Source: Paramecium tetraurelia
Taxonomy: Eukaryota
Assembly: GCA_000165425.1 (NCBI GenBank)
Contig: CT868667.1
Location: 186,001-250,000, forward strand
Direction of reading: 5' to 3'
Length of the DNA: 64,000 nucleotides
Positions 1 through 12,574 of the stretch are shown here, in pieces; position 1 is the first letter of the stretch; each line of letters opens with the position of its first letter. The notes under the pieces are model-generated. The model saw nothing but the letters and a program-made list of their open reading frames with translations, was not told the DNA's origin and did no database searches. A program made the translations under genes and the position numbers.

Positions 1-940
1 AGAGAATCTATATCTAATCATCGATCTCTTGACCGGTGGAGATTTACGTTTCCATTTAGGTAAGATGAGAAAATTCAGTGAAGCTTAAACAAGTACTTAT
101 TGATCATCTAAGTTGTTTAGAATTCTTCGTTGCCTGCATTCTCCTCTCTCTAACATATCTACATCAACACGGCATCATCCATCGAGATCTAAAGCCAGAG
201 AATCTCGTCTTGGAAGAAGATGGCTACATGAGATTGACTGATCTTGGAATTGCACGCATAAACAAGGGCAATAATGCTGGAGATACTTCTGGTACTCCAG
301 GATATATGGCACCTGAAGTGATGTGTAGAATGGATCACTCCATTGTGGCTGACTATTATGCATTAGGTGTCATTACATATGAATTAATGCTTGGACGTAG
401 ACCATATAATGGTAGAACCAGACAAGACATTCGTGAATAGATCTTGGCTAAATAAGTCTAAGTAAGGAGAGAAGAAATGCCTAATTATTGGAGTGAGAGT
501 GCTATGGATTTTGTTAATACAGTATAGATTCAATCATATACAGTTAATCTAACGGAAACCGGAGAGAAGATTGGGAGCCAATGGCATTGAAGAAATTCTT
601 CATCATCCCTGGCTCAAAGGATTTCCATGGGATGATCTCTTAAAAAAGAAATTGACAGCTCTCTATATTCCTGGAGTATGTTAATATATGTAAAGTAGGC
701 TGTGGACAACAATTTTGATTTCCAAAACTAGATATCGGAGGAGACATAATTGAATGATGAGTAATAACTGGAGAATCAGGTTATGTTGCGTCGAGACACA
801 GTTCAAGGTAATGTCATAGCAATATTTCAATAGCATTATTTGATGGGTATCAATATGATGTTGATCTCTCAAAACTTTAACATTAATAAACTCAAAAAAA
901 CACATAGAGAAGACTCTAACAATCACCAGACAAAAAATGA
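1..940 (+). CDS. AGC-family Ser/Thr protein kinase (5'-truncated by window edge)
   Basis: Code-6 translation: LLTGGDLRFHL, HRDLKPEN, DLG, GTPGYMAPE, RLGANG, AGC tail (NFD...FDGY); 4 tiny introns (e.g. 93-120); TGA at 938-940. Confidence 0.92.
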
Positions 941-1001
941 AATCTATAGATATATATATATATGATTAGTTAATATTAATCTTTATCTTTTGAATATTGT
1001 C

Positions 1002-2274
1002 TCATTATCCTTTTCTTGCTGAAACTGATTACTATTTGGAGACTGCATGTTCCTCAATCAAAGAGTCACCAACATATTCATTTACTCGTTTCTTGAGATA
1101 TTCATTAACAGTTGCAATCTTCTCTCTGTAAATCAACAACGATTCCTCTAATAATTGATTCTCCTCGTGTCTTTTATCCTTCTCTGAGTTGTACAACTTC
1201 TTTTTATAGTTGTATTCCTCTAAAATAGTAATGAATAAATGTAATACCTTGAGTCAAACTGAGAATTCTCATGCTTTGATCTTACAACTCCTTCTTTTTG
1301 GTTAAGATATCAGATGCCAATTCTTTGTCATTCTATAAGGAATTCAAGAACTTGGCTTTAGCATCATACTCTTATTTCAAAGATTCCTATTCAGCCAAGA
1401 GATTGGTTTTGAAATCAGCGAAATCGTTGGCAGATTGGATTTCTTACTCTTCCAATCCCTTGATTGTGTCTCTCAATTTTTCAATCAATTATTAAATTAC
1501 TCCTACAACATCCTTTGTCATCAATTACACTAATTATTCACCATTTCCTCTCTGTCCTATTGAATAAATGATGAGATTTACTGGTTTGTGAGAATGAAGC
1601 CTCATCATCTCCTAATTTCACAAAGTCTTAGACTGCTTGTTCTTCGAAAAGGTTGGCATACTTGCTCAATTTCTCAGCATAATCTCCAACGTGACTTTTT
1701 TCAACCAAATTAGTTTATTTGCTTTGAGCATCACTTCTAACCCAATCGAGTACTGAAAGTGCATTTTTGTACTCTCTAAGGGTGTCAATGAACAAAGCAT
1801 TGGCTTCACAACGTTATCTAGAGTTTAATAAAAAAGAGATTTACTCTGCCAAGTTTTCTAATTTAAGTTCATTTGCCTTATATCTCTTATTATTCCAATT
1901 CAAGTAATCTGTAGTTTGTTGTATCTTCAAACTTAATTAAGTAAGATAAAGAATTACTCAACAGCTTCGAGGTCTTGTGAAGCAGCGGCAGCACTCTTTG
2001 AGTTGACATTCACAATCCCTGAGAATTCATTGATATCTTATAAGATGGCATTCTCGAATCTCTAGAAGGTGAGATCAGCCTTGTCTTGAGCTTCGACATT
2101 GGCACCTTATAAATCTTCCAAGAGTGTCAAAACAGATTATATGGCATCCTAGGAACTCATCACATTTGTCTTAGAACTAAGCAAATTCAAAAAATCTGTG
2201 TTGATCTTCTTTGGACTACACAAAACACTTTGACTCAATAGTAAAATCACTAGCACTCCTGTTACACTCTTCAT
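1002..2274 (-). CDS. Trichocyst matrix protein / granule lattice (TMP/GRL) family precursor
   Basis: Signal peptide MKSVTGVLVILLLSQSVLC, acidic heptad coiled-coils, RCEANALF motif, 3 short introns, ~400 aa. Confidence 0.8.
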
Positions 2275-2324
2275 TATTTAATTTATTATTACTACAAATA
2301 CCGTTTTTATTAATATTAATTAAA

Positions 2325-3698
2325 TCACTATTGCTATAATCGTTATTCCTTCTATTCCCCATCACTATCTTGATCACTCTCTGAATCATCATCCGATTCC
2401 ACTTGATCTCCACTTTATAACTTTGCTATTGTCTCATGAAAATCATCATCTTGAGGATCTCCAAACAACAAAATCTTACTCTGGATCAATTTGTACTTAG
2501 GATATTCCTATAAATTAAATAGTATCTTAATACATTCATTATTTAATACACTAAACTCCAAGAATTAAATTCTGATTGCATCTCCTGTTGACAATTTTAA
2601 CATTTCTATTGAAATTGTTACCTCTGATTACACACTTCACAAACGTCCTGAAATTACAATCTCACTTAGAATTCCTTACTAAACTTCTTGTTCTTGAAGG
2701 TTGAATCTGGATCCAAATTTTGTAAGTAAAATAACAATTGGCTAACCTAAATTTACACACTACTTAGATTCGTCTATCATGCATGTATTGAATGCCAATC
2801 TAAACATGAACTTCTATCTCAAACTACCATAATGGTAAAATTTGATTAGAATATCTCCATAAATCACAGGGTTCAACTATAATACTAATTCATTCCCTTT
2901 GTATTCGTAATTCTTCATTTATGCCTCAGATAATCCACTGTATATTCTATTCCATAAAAATAAACCAATTACTTCCTCATATCCTTCACTGTGTATATAT
3001 CTACATAAGGTTTGCTTGTATTTCCAGACATCTTCGGAGAGGGTCTATATCAAATATATATCATATGGTACCCAACAAATGTGATTGCTGATAACCTTTT
3101 TAATTAAGCACAATAATCTGGTGACTTGAAGATCTGGTTAAAGTATTCTATGTATCTGATTTAAGAGGGTTAAGTCACTCCAGATTTTGCCTTGTTGAAT
3201 CTCTTCTTGGAATAGTAGAGTCTTGCTTCGTCTGGATTACTAGCTCTGCCACTGTATAACATGTAACAACAAATCAATGTCCCTGTCCTCCCTTTTCCAG
3301 CTTAACAGTGGATGATTGCCACATGATTGATGTCTTCATTCAGAAACTAATCCACTTTCTTGCACACATCGAAAAGCATGTCGATTGGAGGTGAATGATG
3401 ATCTTCCCATGCAAACTCAAGAATCTCAGATTAATATCACGCTACTTACTCTGTTCTCTCCAAACTTCTCATAATTGTACTTCCTATTACTCAAGTTATA
3501 CAGCATATATTTGTCCCCATGATGTTCTTACAAAAATTTGACTACATCATCAATGTTGTTTCTAAAGGTGCTTTCAAATCCAGAGGCTGGAAATGACATT
3601 GCAATAACCCGATTGGTAATGTAGGTGAGATCTAAGTTATATTGTCCATTGATAAATCTAACTTTTTATCCAGAGACTAATTCTCTAAAGAAATTCAT
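2325..3698 (-). CDS. PTEN: PTEN-like phosphoinositide phosphatase (PTP + C2 domain, acidic tail)
   Basis: LDLTYITNRVIAMSFPA, FRNNIDDV, WEDHHSPP loop, P-loop HCQAGKGRTG (3281-3310), SQIRY. Confidence 0.92.
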
Positions 3699-3755
3699 GT
3701 ATAATTAATAATATAATTGATATTGAGTACATACAATATATTAAATTAAATTAAA

Positions 3756-4253
3756 ATGTACATTAGTCTTTCCTCTCAGAATAAGACATGGTGGACTCAT
3801 ACTTCTTTAGTCCAATCTGAAACTCATCAGAAGGTCTCCAATGTTATTAATGGAGTGAACAGCTTCCAAAACAAAGCCTCATTGATCTCCACTTATTTAA
3901 GTTTGGAAGCAGTCAACAGGATTCCTGTGGCCAAGAAACTAGCCATTTATTTCAAGGCTGCTATAGTTGGGGCTACATTCTTTGGATCAAGGTATTGAGA
4001 GTGGGTAAATAGAGAATTGCAGCAGGATCCTTTTATGAAAGAAGCACATAATCAGAAATTGGCAAATTATTGGATGGTGCACCAATTTGGGAAAATAAGT
4101 TTGACGTACCTGAGTTGGATAAGAAATTCTTCTTCATTGACGACGATAATAATTTTGAACCCTCTTTATGGCATCACGGAATGTATGAAATTATTAATTG
4201 TAAAAAAAAGCAATTCGATCGAGAAGCCCAAGGTATTCTACAAGCATGAGTGA
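3756..4253 (+). CDS. Small conserved-looking protein (~148 aa) with a central hydrophobic segment; function unknown
   Basis: Open in code 6 after removing two introns (gtattgag...ag, gtatgaaa...ag); C-terminus GAPIWENKFDVPELDKKFFFIDDDNNFEPSLWHHG. Confidence 0.75.
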
Positions 4254-4307
4254 TTTTAAACATTTAATGGATAAAATTTAAAATAAAATTAAATCTTTAA
4301 ATAAATT

Positions 4308-4845
4308 ATGGGACGTATGCAAGCTAAGGGAAAAGGAAAGGGTATCTCCGGATCTGCCCTTCCATACAAGAGAAAAGCACCAAAGTGGTTGACACTCTCA
4401 TCAAAGTCCATCGTTGATTAGATTGTAAATTTGGCAAAGAAGGGTACAAGAATAATGTAAATTCAGGACTTAATGGATCATAAATCGGTGTTTACTTGAG
4501 AGATCAATAAGGAATCCCATAAACCAGATTCTTGACTGGTCAAAAGATCTTGAGAATCTTGAAGAAGAGAGGTAAGGATCAGCTATTTAATAAAGGTTGT
4601 GCACCAAAAATCCCTGAAGACTTATATGCTTTGATCAAAAAGGCTGTCCAAATCAGAAAGCATTTAGAAAAGAACAGAGGAGATATTACAAGCAAATTCA
4701 GATTGATTTTGGTTGAAAGCAGAATTCATAGACTCAGCAGATATTATAGAAGAACCCAAAAGTTGCCATCCAATTGGAAATAGTAAACATAAATCTCTAA
4801 ACATATAGTGTATCAAAGACTGCATCTGCCTTAATCGGTTAATGA
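4308..4845 (+). CDS. RPS13: 40S ribosomal protein S13 (uS15)
   Basis: [20 protein letters not shown]...[13 protein letters not shown]...[18 protein letters not shown]; 3 introns. Confidence 0.98.
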
Positions 4846-4953
4846 GCAAACAATTTAATCAATATAGTACATTATTAATAATACAAATAAATCAACCCTC
4901 ATGTAAAAAGAGAGTGTTTTTTTTTCTGTTGCTGTGTTCCACTCAAAAGCGGT

Positions 4954-5533
4954 TCAAATTGCTTCTTGAATAGCCAAAATTAATCGGAAACATTAGCCAA
5001 GCCCTGCCATTGAGATTCCATCCGAGCTTCTTTCAATTTTATATCAATACCATCAAACGATTTAATCTGCTCTTGCAATTCGTCCCTATTCATTTTAATG
5101 GTCCCTACTTTGTTACTGAGTTAATCGATTTTATTCACTAAACTTTTTTCGATCTCCTAAACATTCAGACCTATTTAGTCTATTCTTTCATTCACCATCA
5201 TCTCGCCAGTCTTCACAAGAGGGATTTATTATAAATTTTTAGATTGAAACTCAATCTAAATGGCTTCTAAATCGCATTGCAATTATTCTCGAATAGCTTC
5301 GAAACTCTGTTTTAAATATTAAAGAATGCTCCTTTTGATAATGGCTTATTTGATACAATTTTACATCAACCAACTGACTTTGCAAGTAATCCAATTTTTA
5401 ATTAATCTCTTTCCAATTATGTTCGCCTTCATCTGGGATATGTAAGAACTAATGTATTCAGAATGACATAGATTACATTTCTAATTATCAGTTCTACTCT
5501 CTAGGTGAATTAGTCTGAGTGCTCGAAATCCAT
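4954..5533 (-). CDS. Hypothetical coiled-coil protein
   Basis: ATG at 5533, long open code-6 frame to TGA at 4954; intron positions uncertain. Confidence 0.5.
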
Positions 5534-5566
5534 AATAAAAATAATTAAACAAAATTAATAATTGAT

Positions 5567-6137
5567 TCATTTCTGTGAACTGAATTATAGGAAAAGTTAT
5601 TCTTTAAATGAATCTATCAATTCAGCCTCATTTGGTACAACATAAGATTCACTTTTCATTTTTTGTTTGGTTAGTTGGGCTCTACACATTGGACATGAAT
5701 CTTATTCTTTGACTGTGAACCACCCTTCGATGCAATCTTGGCAATAACTATGTCCACAAGGTAGTAGCTTGTCTATCTTTTTCTCAAAACATATTTAACA
5801 AGTTCCTTCTTCCTTTTGTGGATCAACCATTAAAATAGATGAAAAATCCTCTAATAATTGTTTGCAATAGTAGAATTTCTGCTAAGTAATTTAAAAATAT
5901 TCTTTCTCCACAAATATCCCTATGCATAGGTCATCCTACTTTTTAACAAATGGGATTGAATCAAATAAATCTTATTTCCTTTTGGTCACTTCTGCAAGTA
6001 ATTATTTGCCCAAGCTCGACTTTATGGTTGGGGATCTTGAATTACACATTAGAGTACTTAGCCAACAGATTAAATGTAGCCACATCTTTGATTAAGTCGT
6101 TTAAGGGTCTTTGTTCCTAACTTTGTTGTTGTCCCAT
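5567..6137 (-). CDS. C3HC4 RING E3 ligase with N-myristoylation motif (RNF141-like architecture)
   Basis: Starts MGQQQSQ; CQICFEKKIDKLLPCGHSYCQDCIEGW...CPMCR. Confidence 0.85.
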
Positions 6138-6165
6138 AATAATATTTAATATTTATGTATTAATC

Positions 6166-7315
6166 TCAGAATCTGCCACCAAGGTATTGGGATGTTGCAG
6201 TTAATTTCTCAGTCAAGTGTTCCAATATTCTCTCGACGATTTCCTATTGTCTTGTTCTCTCTGAAGATTAAACACTGTAAGTGTTCTCTTGGAGGTCACA
6301 CCATTCATGTTCAGCATCTAAGGTTTCTTGGGCTTACTCTAATTCCAACTAGAATTTTATAAATGATTCACTTACTTGATGAACCTCATGGAAATGAGTG
6401 GCAGTATCAATATTGGTCTTGAAAGTTTGAATTGCTTATTCCAATTGATTCTTTCTATCAACCAATCTATTGTGCTCATTGCTCAAATGAGTGGAAAATT
6501 CAACCCATCTTTAAGCTTATCTGTTTTCGGTTTCCTACAATTATGACATCTAATTACTTCTAAAACAGATCTGGCTTCTACCAATTGTTATCTGAGTTGT
6601 GAAAGCAATTAAAGAATTCTTTGGATGGCCTTTTAATCAACCTTTGTGGCTAATTCAGTCAAAGCAGTGACGATGGGTTAAAAGAGAGCACCGTGACTTT
6701 CGTTTTCGATTAATCTCTTTTATACAGCTTCGAATTTGGGTTTAAGCTCAGCAAATGTGGCACCCAAAGAAAGATGTTAGACTAATTTGGTAGCTTCATC
6801 AACAGCTGCAATGGCATCATCATGTTCTCCATTCTTTCTAACCCATGTTTCATGAGCCTTATTTCTGTTGGCTTCCTCTTAAGCATAGGTTCTTTCGTTG
6901 CTTTCTATGTCCTTTCATTATATTAGATTATTACTTAGATAGTTTATCTGACATCAGTTTCAGCTTCAGCCAAAGCCTTTTCATTATCTTCTCTCATTTG
7001 AGCATTGGCAGCTACTTAGGCTGTATGATAAGCGATAGAGTTTTCTAAATCTGTAATAATACGAGTGCAGGCTGATCTGTCAACTCTGATAACGTTGTCG
7101 TGTTTGTTTTAATCGTCAACCAATCCAGCCAAGACTTAATTAAGTAGCACTAAGATTTCTTCAGCATTTCCTTTTGATTGTAAATACATTTGGACAGTTG
7201 AGAGAATAGTGTTACCAAAGTTGTCAGCGTCTATTTCTGCTAAAATTGTTTTGGTGTCCTTTTGAACAGCAAATACAGATGAAACAATCAATGCCAAAGC
7301 GATGAGTTTGTACAT
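6166..7315 (-). CDS. Trichocyst matrix protein precursor
   Basis: MYKLIALALIVSSVFA signal peptide; LAEIDADNFGNTILSTVQ; coiled-coil; ~375 aa. Confidence 0.88.
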
Positions 7316-7510
7316 TAATAATAAAAATAATGAAAACGGATCACTAATTTTATATATTTATAATAATGAAGGATTACTTGATATCCATAAGTGTATGCTA
7401 ATGGAGAAGCCGGCTCTTTTGAATGATAAAAACTCTTATCAAGAATAACAAGCCATCTTTTAATAATAAAATGAAATTGTTTAATTTATTGACTAAATTG
7501 AATTGTACAT

Positions 7511-8417
7511 TCATTTCTTAATTGTTGTTCCTAAAAGATCATCTAAATAGGTGAATGTTGATGAGTAATTTCCAGTATTCAAACTATGATGTTTCGAATG
7601 GAATTCAGAATGGGTTGTTAAAGGTAAATATTGGTACACATCCCACTCAAAATTGAACCCTGAATGATCCGATAGCGTTTTGTGAGTAGCCAATCCAACA
7701 AATACAAGGACTGTTATCATATGAGTCTAAGATCCTAACAAAATTGGACCAGAGATCACTGGAATTAAATTGCCTAGAATGTATTCTAAAGGATGAGCGA
7801 ATTCTGCTGACCAAGATACTTTTCATAGAATTTAATATAAATTTACCTGTTATATTATAAATATGATGTACTTTATGCACTTTTCCATAGAAGTATGGAG
7901 TATGCAGTAATCGGTGACTGAAATAAAACAATACATCTTCTATTATACCAAACACCATTATTTGCCAACTTATTTCGAATACTGTTGGAAAGCTTTGATC
8001 GAATCGAGTGTCTAATTTGATACAACTAGCTGCATATGCCACTCCAACCATGATAAATTGATTGATGAGCACATTCTTCCAAAATAGACGTTTCATCTCT
8101 TGCCAAACCTTGGATTCTTTTCCATCCCAAGGCCATGGTTTCTAATTCTTATTGCATTTCATACTTATTCAATTTTGGCTTGGCTTATATATTTGCTCTT
8201 GCTCTAATAGCAAGCAAAGTAAAATGCATTCACAATTGTGTATGTGATCAAATGAGCTAAGTATAATGATACAACAAAGAAACATTGTTCTAATATTAAT
8301 TCAATACTTACTTTCTTCAATTTTATCCGGCCAAACCCACATAAAACATTATTTACCTATAAAAAAATATACAAATAATCCTGTGATGCTGCACACCTTC
8401 ATTATTGAGAATTCCAT
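7511..8417 (-). CDS. Fatty acid hydroxylase superfamily enzyme (sterol desaturase / C4-methylsterol oxidase-like)
   Basis: His boxes HRLLH, HKVHH, HSKHH; KPWPW; AEFAHPLE; 3 introns. Confidence 0.9.
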
Positions 8418-8505
8418 TTTAAATATATATATATATCTTATTTATAATTGTTCGCAATGTAAACGTAAGTTAATTTATTAATTCTGTATAATAAAATATA
8501 ATAAA

Positions 8506-9950
8506 ATGTACTCCTCAATGGAGGAGAGTTGGAACTTTGATGAATAAGAACCCAAATCTCCTTCTCAAGATTTATTAGACAAATATAATTACCGTCTTCA
8601 AGAAATTGAAAACTCAAAAGGCAAAATTAAGGTATGAAACTGATTCACTTTCAAGAAATTTTAGTTTGAATAACAGTTAGATCGATTAAGGAATTGGTAT
8701 GAAATTAAAGGGCATCTACTTGAGATTACTAAAGAAGCTAATCTATTATAAAGTGAGAATGTAGATAGAAGACAACAACTCATTCTTCAAATTAGGAATA
8801 GAGAATCACAATTGAAGGAACTTAGAAGACTTCAAATTTAAGGGATCAAAAAATAGAAACAAATTGGGTTGTTTATTAAAGAATAGAGAACCTCTAAGAG
8901 ACAAGAAATCACCATCCAAGAAATAGATGAATTATTAAATGGAATATAAGCAATGAAAGACAACCTATAATAGAAATATGGGTGGCAATTCCCTAAAAAG
9001 CAGATCTTTGATTTCTCTTCTGACGAGTTTCTCGAGGAAATAGATGTTCTTAAGACTGATCGCATTAAATTCGATTTCATTGAAAATAACATATACCATT
9101 TGGACAACAGTTAATAAATGCATTATGATATGCAAAAGTATTTAAACCCCGCATTAATAGATTCAAGAAGAAGCATCTAAACAGTGTCCTTGATTAATCT
9201 GTGAGGTCTTACCAATCTCTGTCAAGTTCATCCAAGAAGGAAATGCTGAGTTTGAGATTTGATAAAGTAACTACGAGACTTCCTCCAATACCAAAGGAAA
9301 CATAATCTTAATCCCAGACCACACAATAGTAGTTAAAGAGTGGTATTGGCTTATCAAAAATGCTTAGATATCCTTTAAATTCTTAGAATCTTGCTTCGCC
9401 TAAGAGAAGATAACAATTTGGTTTCATTGAAGATATTATAGCAAACTCAGTTTCAAGCAGAGTACTGACTAGGAAATAGACTACTAATTTAACACATTAA
9501 TCCGAGGGAGAGAGTTAAAGAAAGGATAGAAGAAAATAGGATCTTTCTGTTCATTCATCTTAAGATAGAATGCTAAAAATGAAAAATGTTCAGAAAATGT
9601 ATTATCCAGATGTAAAATTTGACATAATCAGAGAAGTGGATGCTCCTTAAAAGCAAAAGAAATTACCAAGAAGAGGATTAAATTAACAGCAGGAAATCTA
9701 ACGCATTTTAAACAATGTTAATGAGACTTTTTCACATGTTATTAATAATAAAGCCTACTCTGAACATAAATTCACTAAAATTAGAGATTTACAAAAATAA
9801 TATGTAAAAGATGCAAATAGTTCTTTGTCAAAAATCAGTAAGTATCAGCTGGAAGAAAAGCTTGATGATGTTTGGTAAACTCTAGTAAAGGATCAAAAAA
9901 AGAAATAACCAAAACTTTTGGACTATTATAAAAAAAAGTTTAAAATATGA
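8506..9950 (+). CDS. Hypothetical coiled-coil protein
   Basis: Open code-6 frame with 2 canonical tiny introns; TGA 9948-9950. Confidence 0.65.
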
Positions 9951-10006
9951 ATTAATAACAATATACTTATTCTTCTCACTTATCTACAGAAATTGAGGAT
10001 GGAAAA

Positions 10007-12302
10007 ATGCATCTGCATAAAGATAAACTGGTGTAAAAGATAGTGGACCAAATTCAATTGTTGATCTCAAATCCAAATTAAGTATAAATTTCTTGTTGCC
10101 ATAAAATAGCCAAACGAAGGGGATCAACAGTTCTACGATTGCTTTAAATATGGAATTGCTCAATAATACTTAAGTACTAAGAAAAGTATAAATTTAAGCT
10201 GAGATAATGCAATAAGTTTAAGCAAGTTCGAATATTGATCAACCTAGAAAGGCATTCTCGTATTCAGTTTTCACTAAGATGTCTTCTATCCTATTGAATT
10301 ACTAAACTCAATAGTATACGGTTGCGATAAGAATCAATTAATAATTACACTTTTTGGCAAGAGATACCATTAGAATAATATAAGAGATTTTTGAAGCACT
10401 TTAATATGTCGATAAAGTGCAATTGTGCGGCAAGGATGCTTCCTTAAAATCGTATGATAAATATATGAGATAACTGGATTAATTGGTTTTTTTTTGGGAA
10501 TAAATACACATATTAGAAAATAGACCCATATCGTTTAATAAGGAGGATATATCATCTCAAATTTCCCAGTAATTAGATCAATTGTTGGACACTTTAGTAA
10601 AGAGACTCGATTTTTAGTAGAAATCATAGAGGCTGAAACAGGCAGAATCATCAAAACCAGTTTAAGCGACTAATAGCTAACCACAAGTAGACCATAGATT
10701 AAGAATTGCCCATGAAATGTTTGCAGGACTTGGCAGAGAAAAGGACTAAATAGCAGCTGTGTAATTGTATACGAAATTGGCAGAAGAAAATGATGCTACA
10801 GGCTAAGCGATTATGGGACAAATTTATTTAGAAGGGATTGGCTGTCCAAAAGATTATGATTAAGTTAACATTTTATTAATCATCTAGGCTTTCAATTACT
10901 TTAAGAAGAGTGCTGATCAATAAAATGCCTTCAGTTTATATCATGCTTCTAAATTAGTTTTAGTATTTATTAAACTTAATATTAAGGAAGCTAAAGTCTT
11001 TGATAAATTTTATGAAAAGGATTATAATAACACAATAACCAGCAAAAATTCAAGCGAAACATATAGTAGAAATTCTGACTGCTCTTTTGCCTTGACTCTC
11101 CTAAAACGAGCTGCAGAATTAGACCATTCAGAATCCATGATATACTTGGGAGATTTGTATAGCAATGGACTCCAATTATAAGATTGTATAATTTCAATAT
11201 AATTTCATTAGATACTTTAGAGAAGGATTATTCCAATGCTGAATTTTATTACAAATAAGCTTAAAATAAAAATTCAGCTAAAGCAATGCATAAATTGGCT
11301 CTTCTTTATTTAACAATGTGCATATAACCACTATATAAAGTAATGTATTTAATGATTGGCAGAATCGTAGTCGATTGATTTACCCTCTGTTGAATCAGGC
11401 CAAGAATTAAGATTATTTGCCTGCCTTTTATGATTTGGGATTACTATTATATTAGGGATTACAAGATGATATAGAATAGAACCTAGTTATGGCTGAATTA
11501 ATATTTGAGCAGGGGTGCATGAAAGGTGATCTTAAATGTGCTTAGAAGTTGCTCAATTTAAGATTTCAAGCATTAAGAAAAAATGAAGTTTCTATAGAAG
11601 ATTACTTTGGTTTACTCGATCAAATAGAATAAGGTAACAAGGATTGGACCATTACCTATTATATAAGAGGAAAGGTCTATGAAAAAGGTCTTTAAGTAGA
11701 GAAAAATTAAAAGAAGGCTTAAGAATAATATAGATTAGGCTATATGAAGGGATGTCAAAAATGCAGAGTTTAGTTAGATAAAAATCAAAAAGAGACTATG
11801 CCAACAGACAATAATCCAACAAATTCTTAACAATCTTCATTATATTAAAGGCAAACCATCAACGGGTTCATTGAACAAATTAGATAATCTGAATGCAGGA
11901 AACCCTTTTAAAACTAGAGATAAGTTTCTAATGGGAATGTCTAATCAATATTTAACAATGCTGAGAATGATATATAATCCACTATGTAAGCAATATTTTG
12001 ATATACTCCTTAGTCAAGATGGACATACACGAATGACTATAAGTATTACTAGACCTAAAAATCAAACTGATGATAGAAAGAGAGGAGTATCTGCTTCTGA
12101 CTTACCACTCTAAGATATTGGAGGAAGTATCCTGCTTTCACAGATTAAATTTCCTGAAAAAACTCATAACCATTCTGTATTTTGGTCACCTAGATAAACA
12201 TCTTAGTAATCTTAAACTGGATTACAAATCACTAATTCTATTTCTAAAAAACGATTTAACCTTAATAAAATTAGGCTTCAAAGCAATATTCCTGAGAATT
12301 GA
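10007..12302 (+). CDS. Sel1-like repeat protein
   Basis: Repeats such as AIMGQILLEGIGCPKDYDQAFNYFKKSADQ and LGDLYSNG; several introns; start approximate. Confidence 0.82.
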
Positions 12303-12574
12303 GTTATTTGGAACTAATAGCGTTATGTGATTATGAAAATTATTTTTTGTTATTCATCATATTGATATAATTATAAAAGATATTTCTAGTAGTGTATATA
12401 ATCGATTAAAAATTAAAATTGATTAGAATTATAACAGTAATTTTATTAATTCAATAATTGTAATGGGTTTTCACTCTTAATCAATATTTAGGGGCTGTAA
12501 AGTAATAATAATTTGTTGGGTATAATATTGCCAACCTTCTAATATCATATTTTTAATGTGTAGTAAATATTAAA

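Noticed and set aside
7400..7460. Resemblance of GAAGCCGGCT...AGCCAT to U3 snoRNA, or of ATGA...AA to a SECIS element
   Set aside because: U3 boxes A, C and D are absent; SECIS spacing is wrong and there is no in-frame TGA selenoprotein upstream
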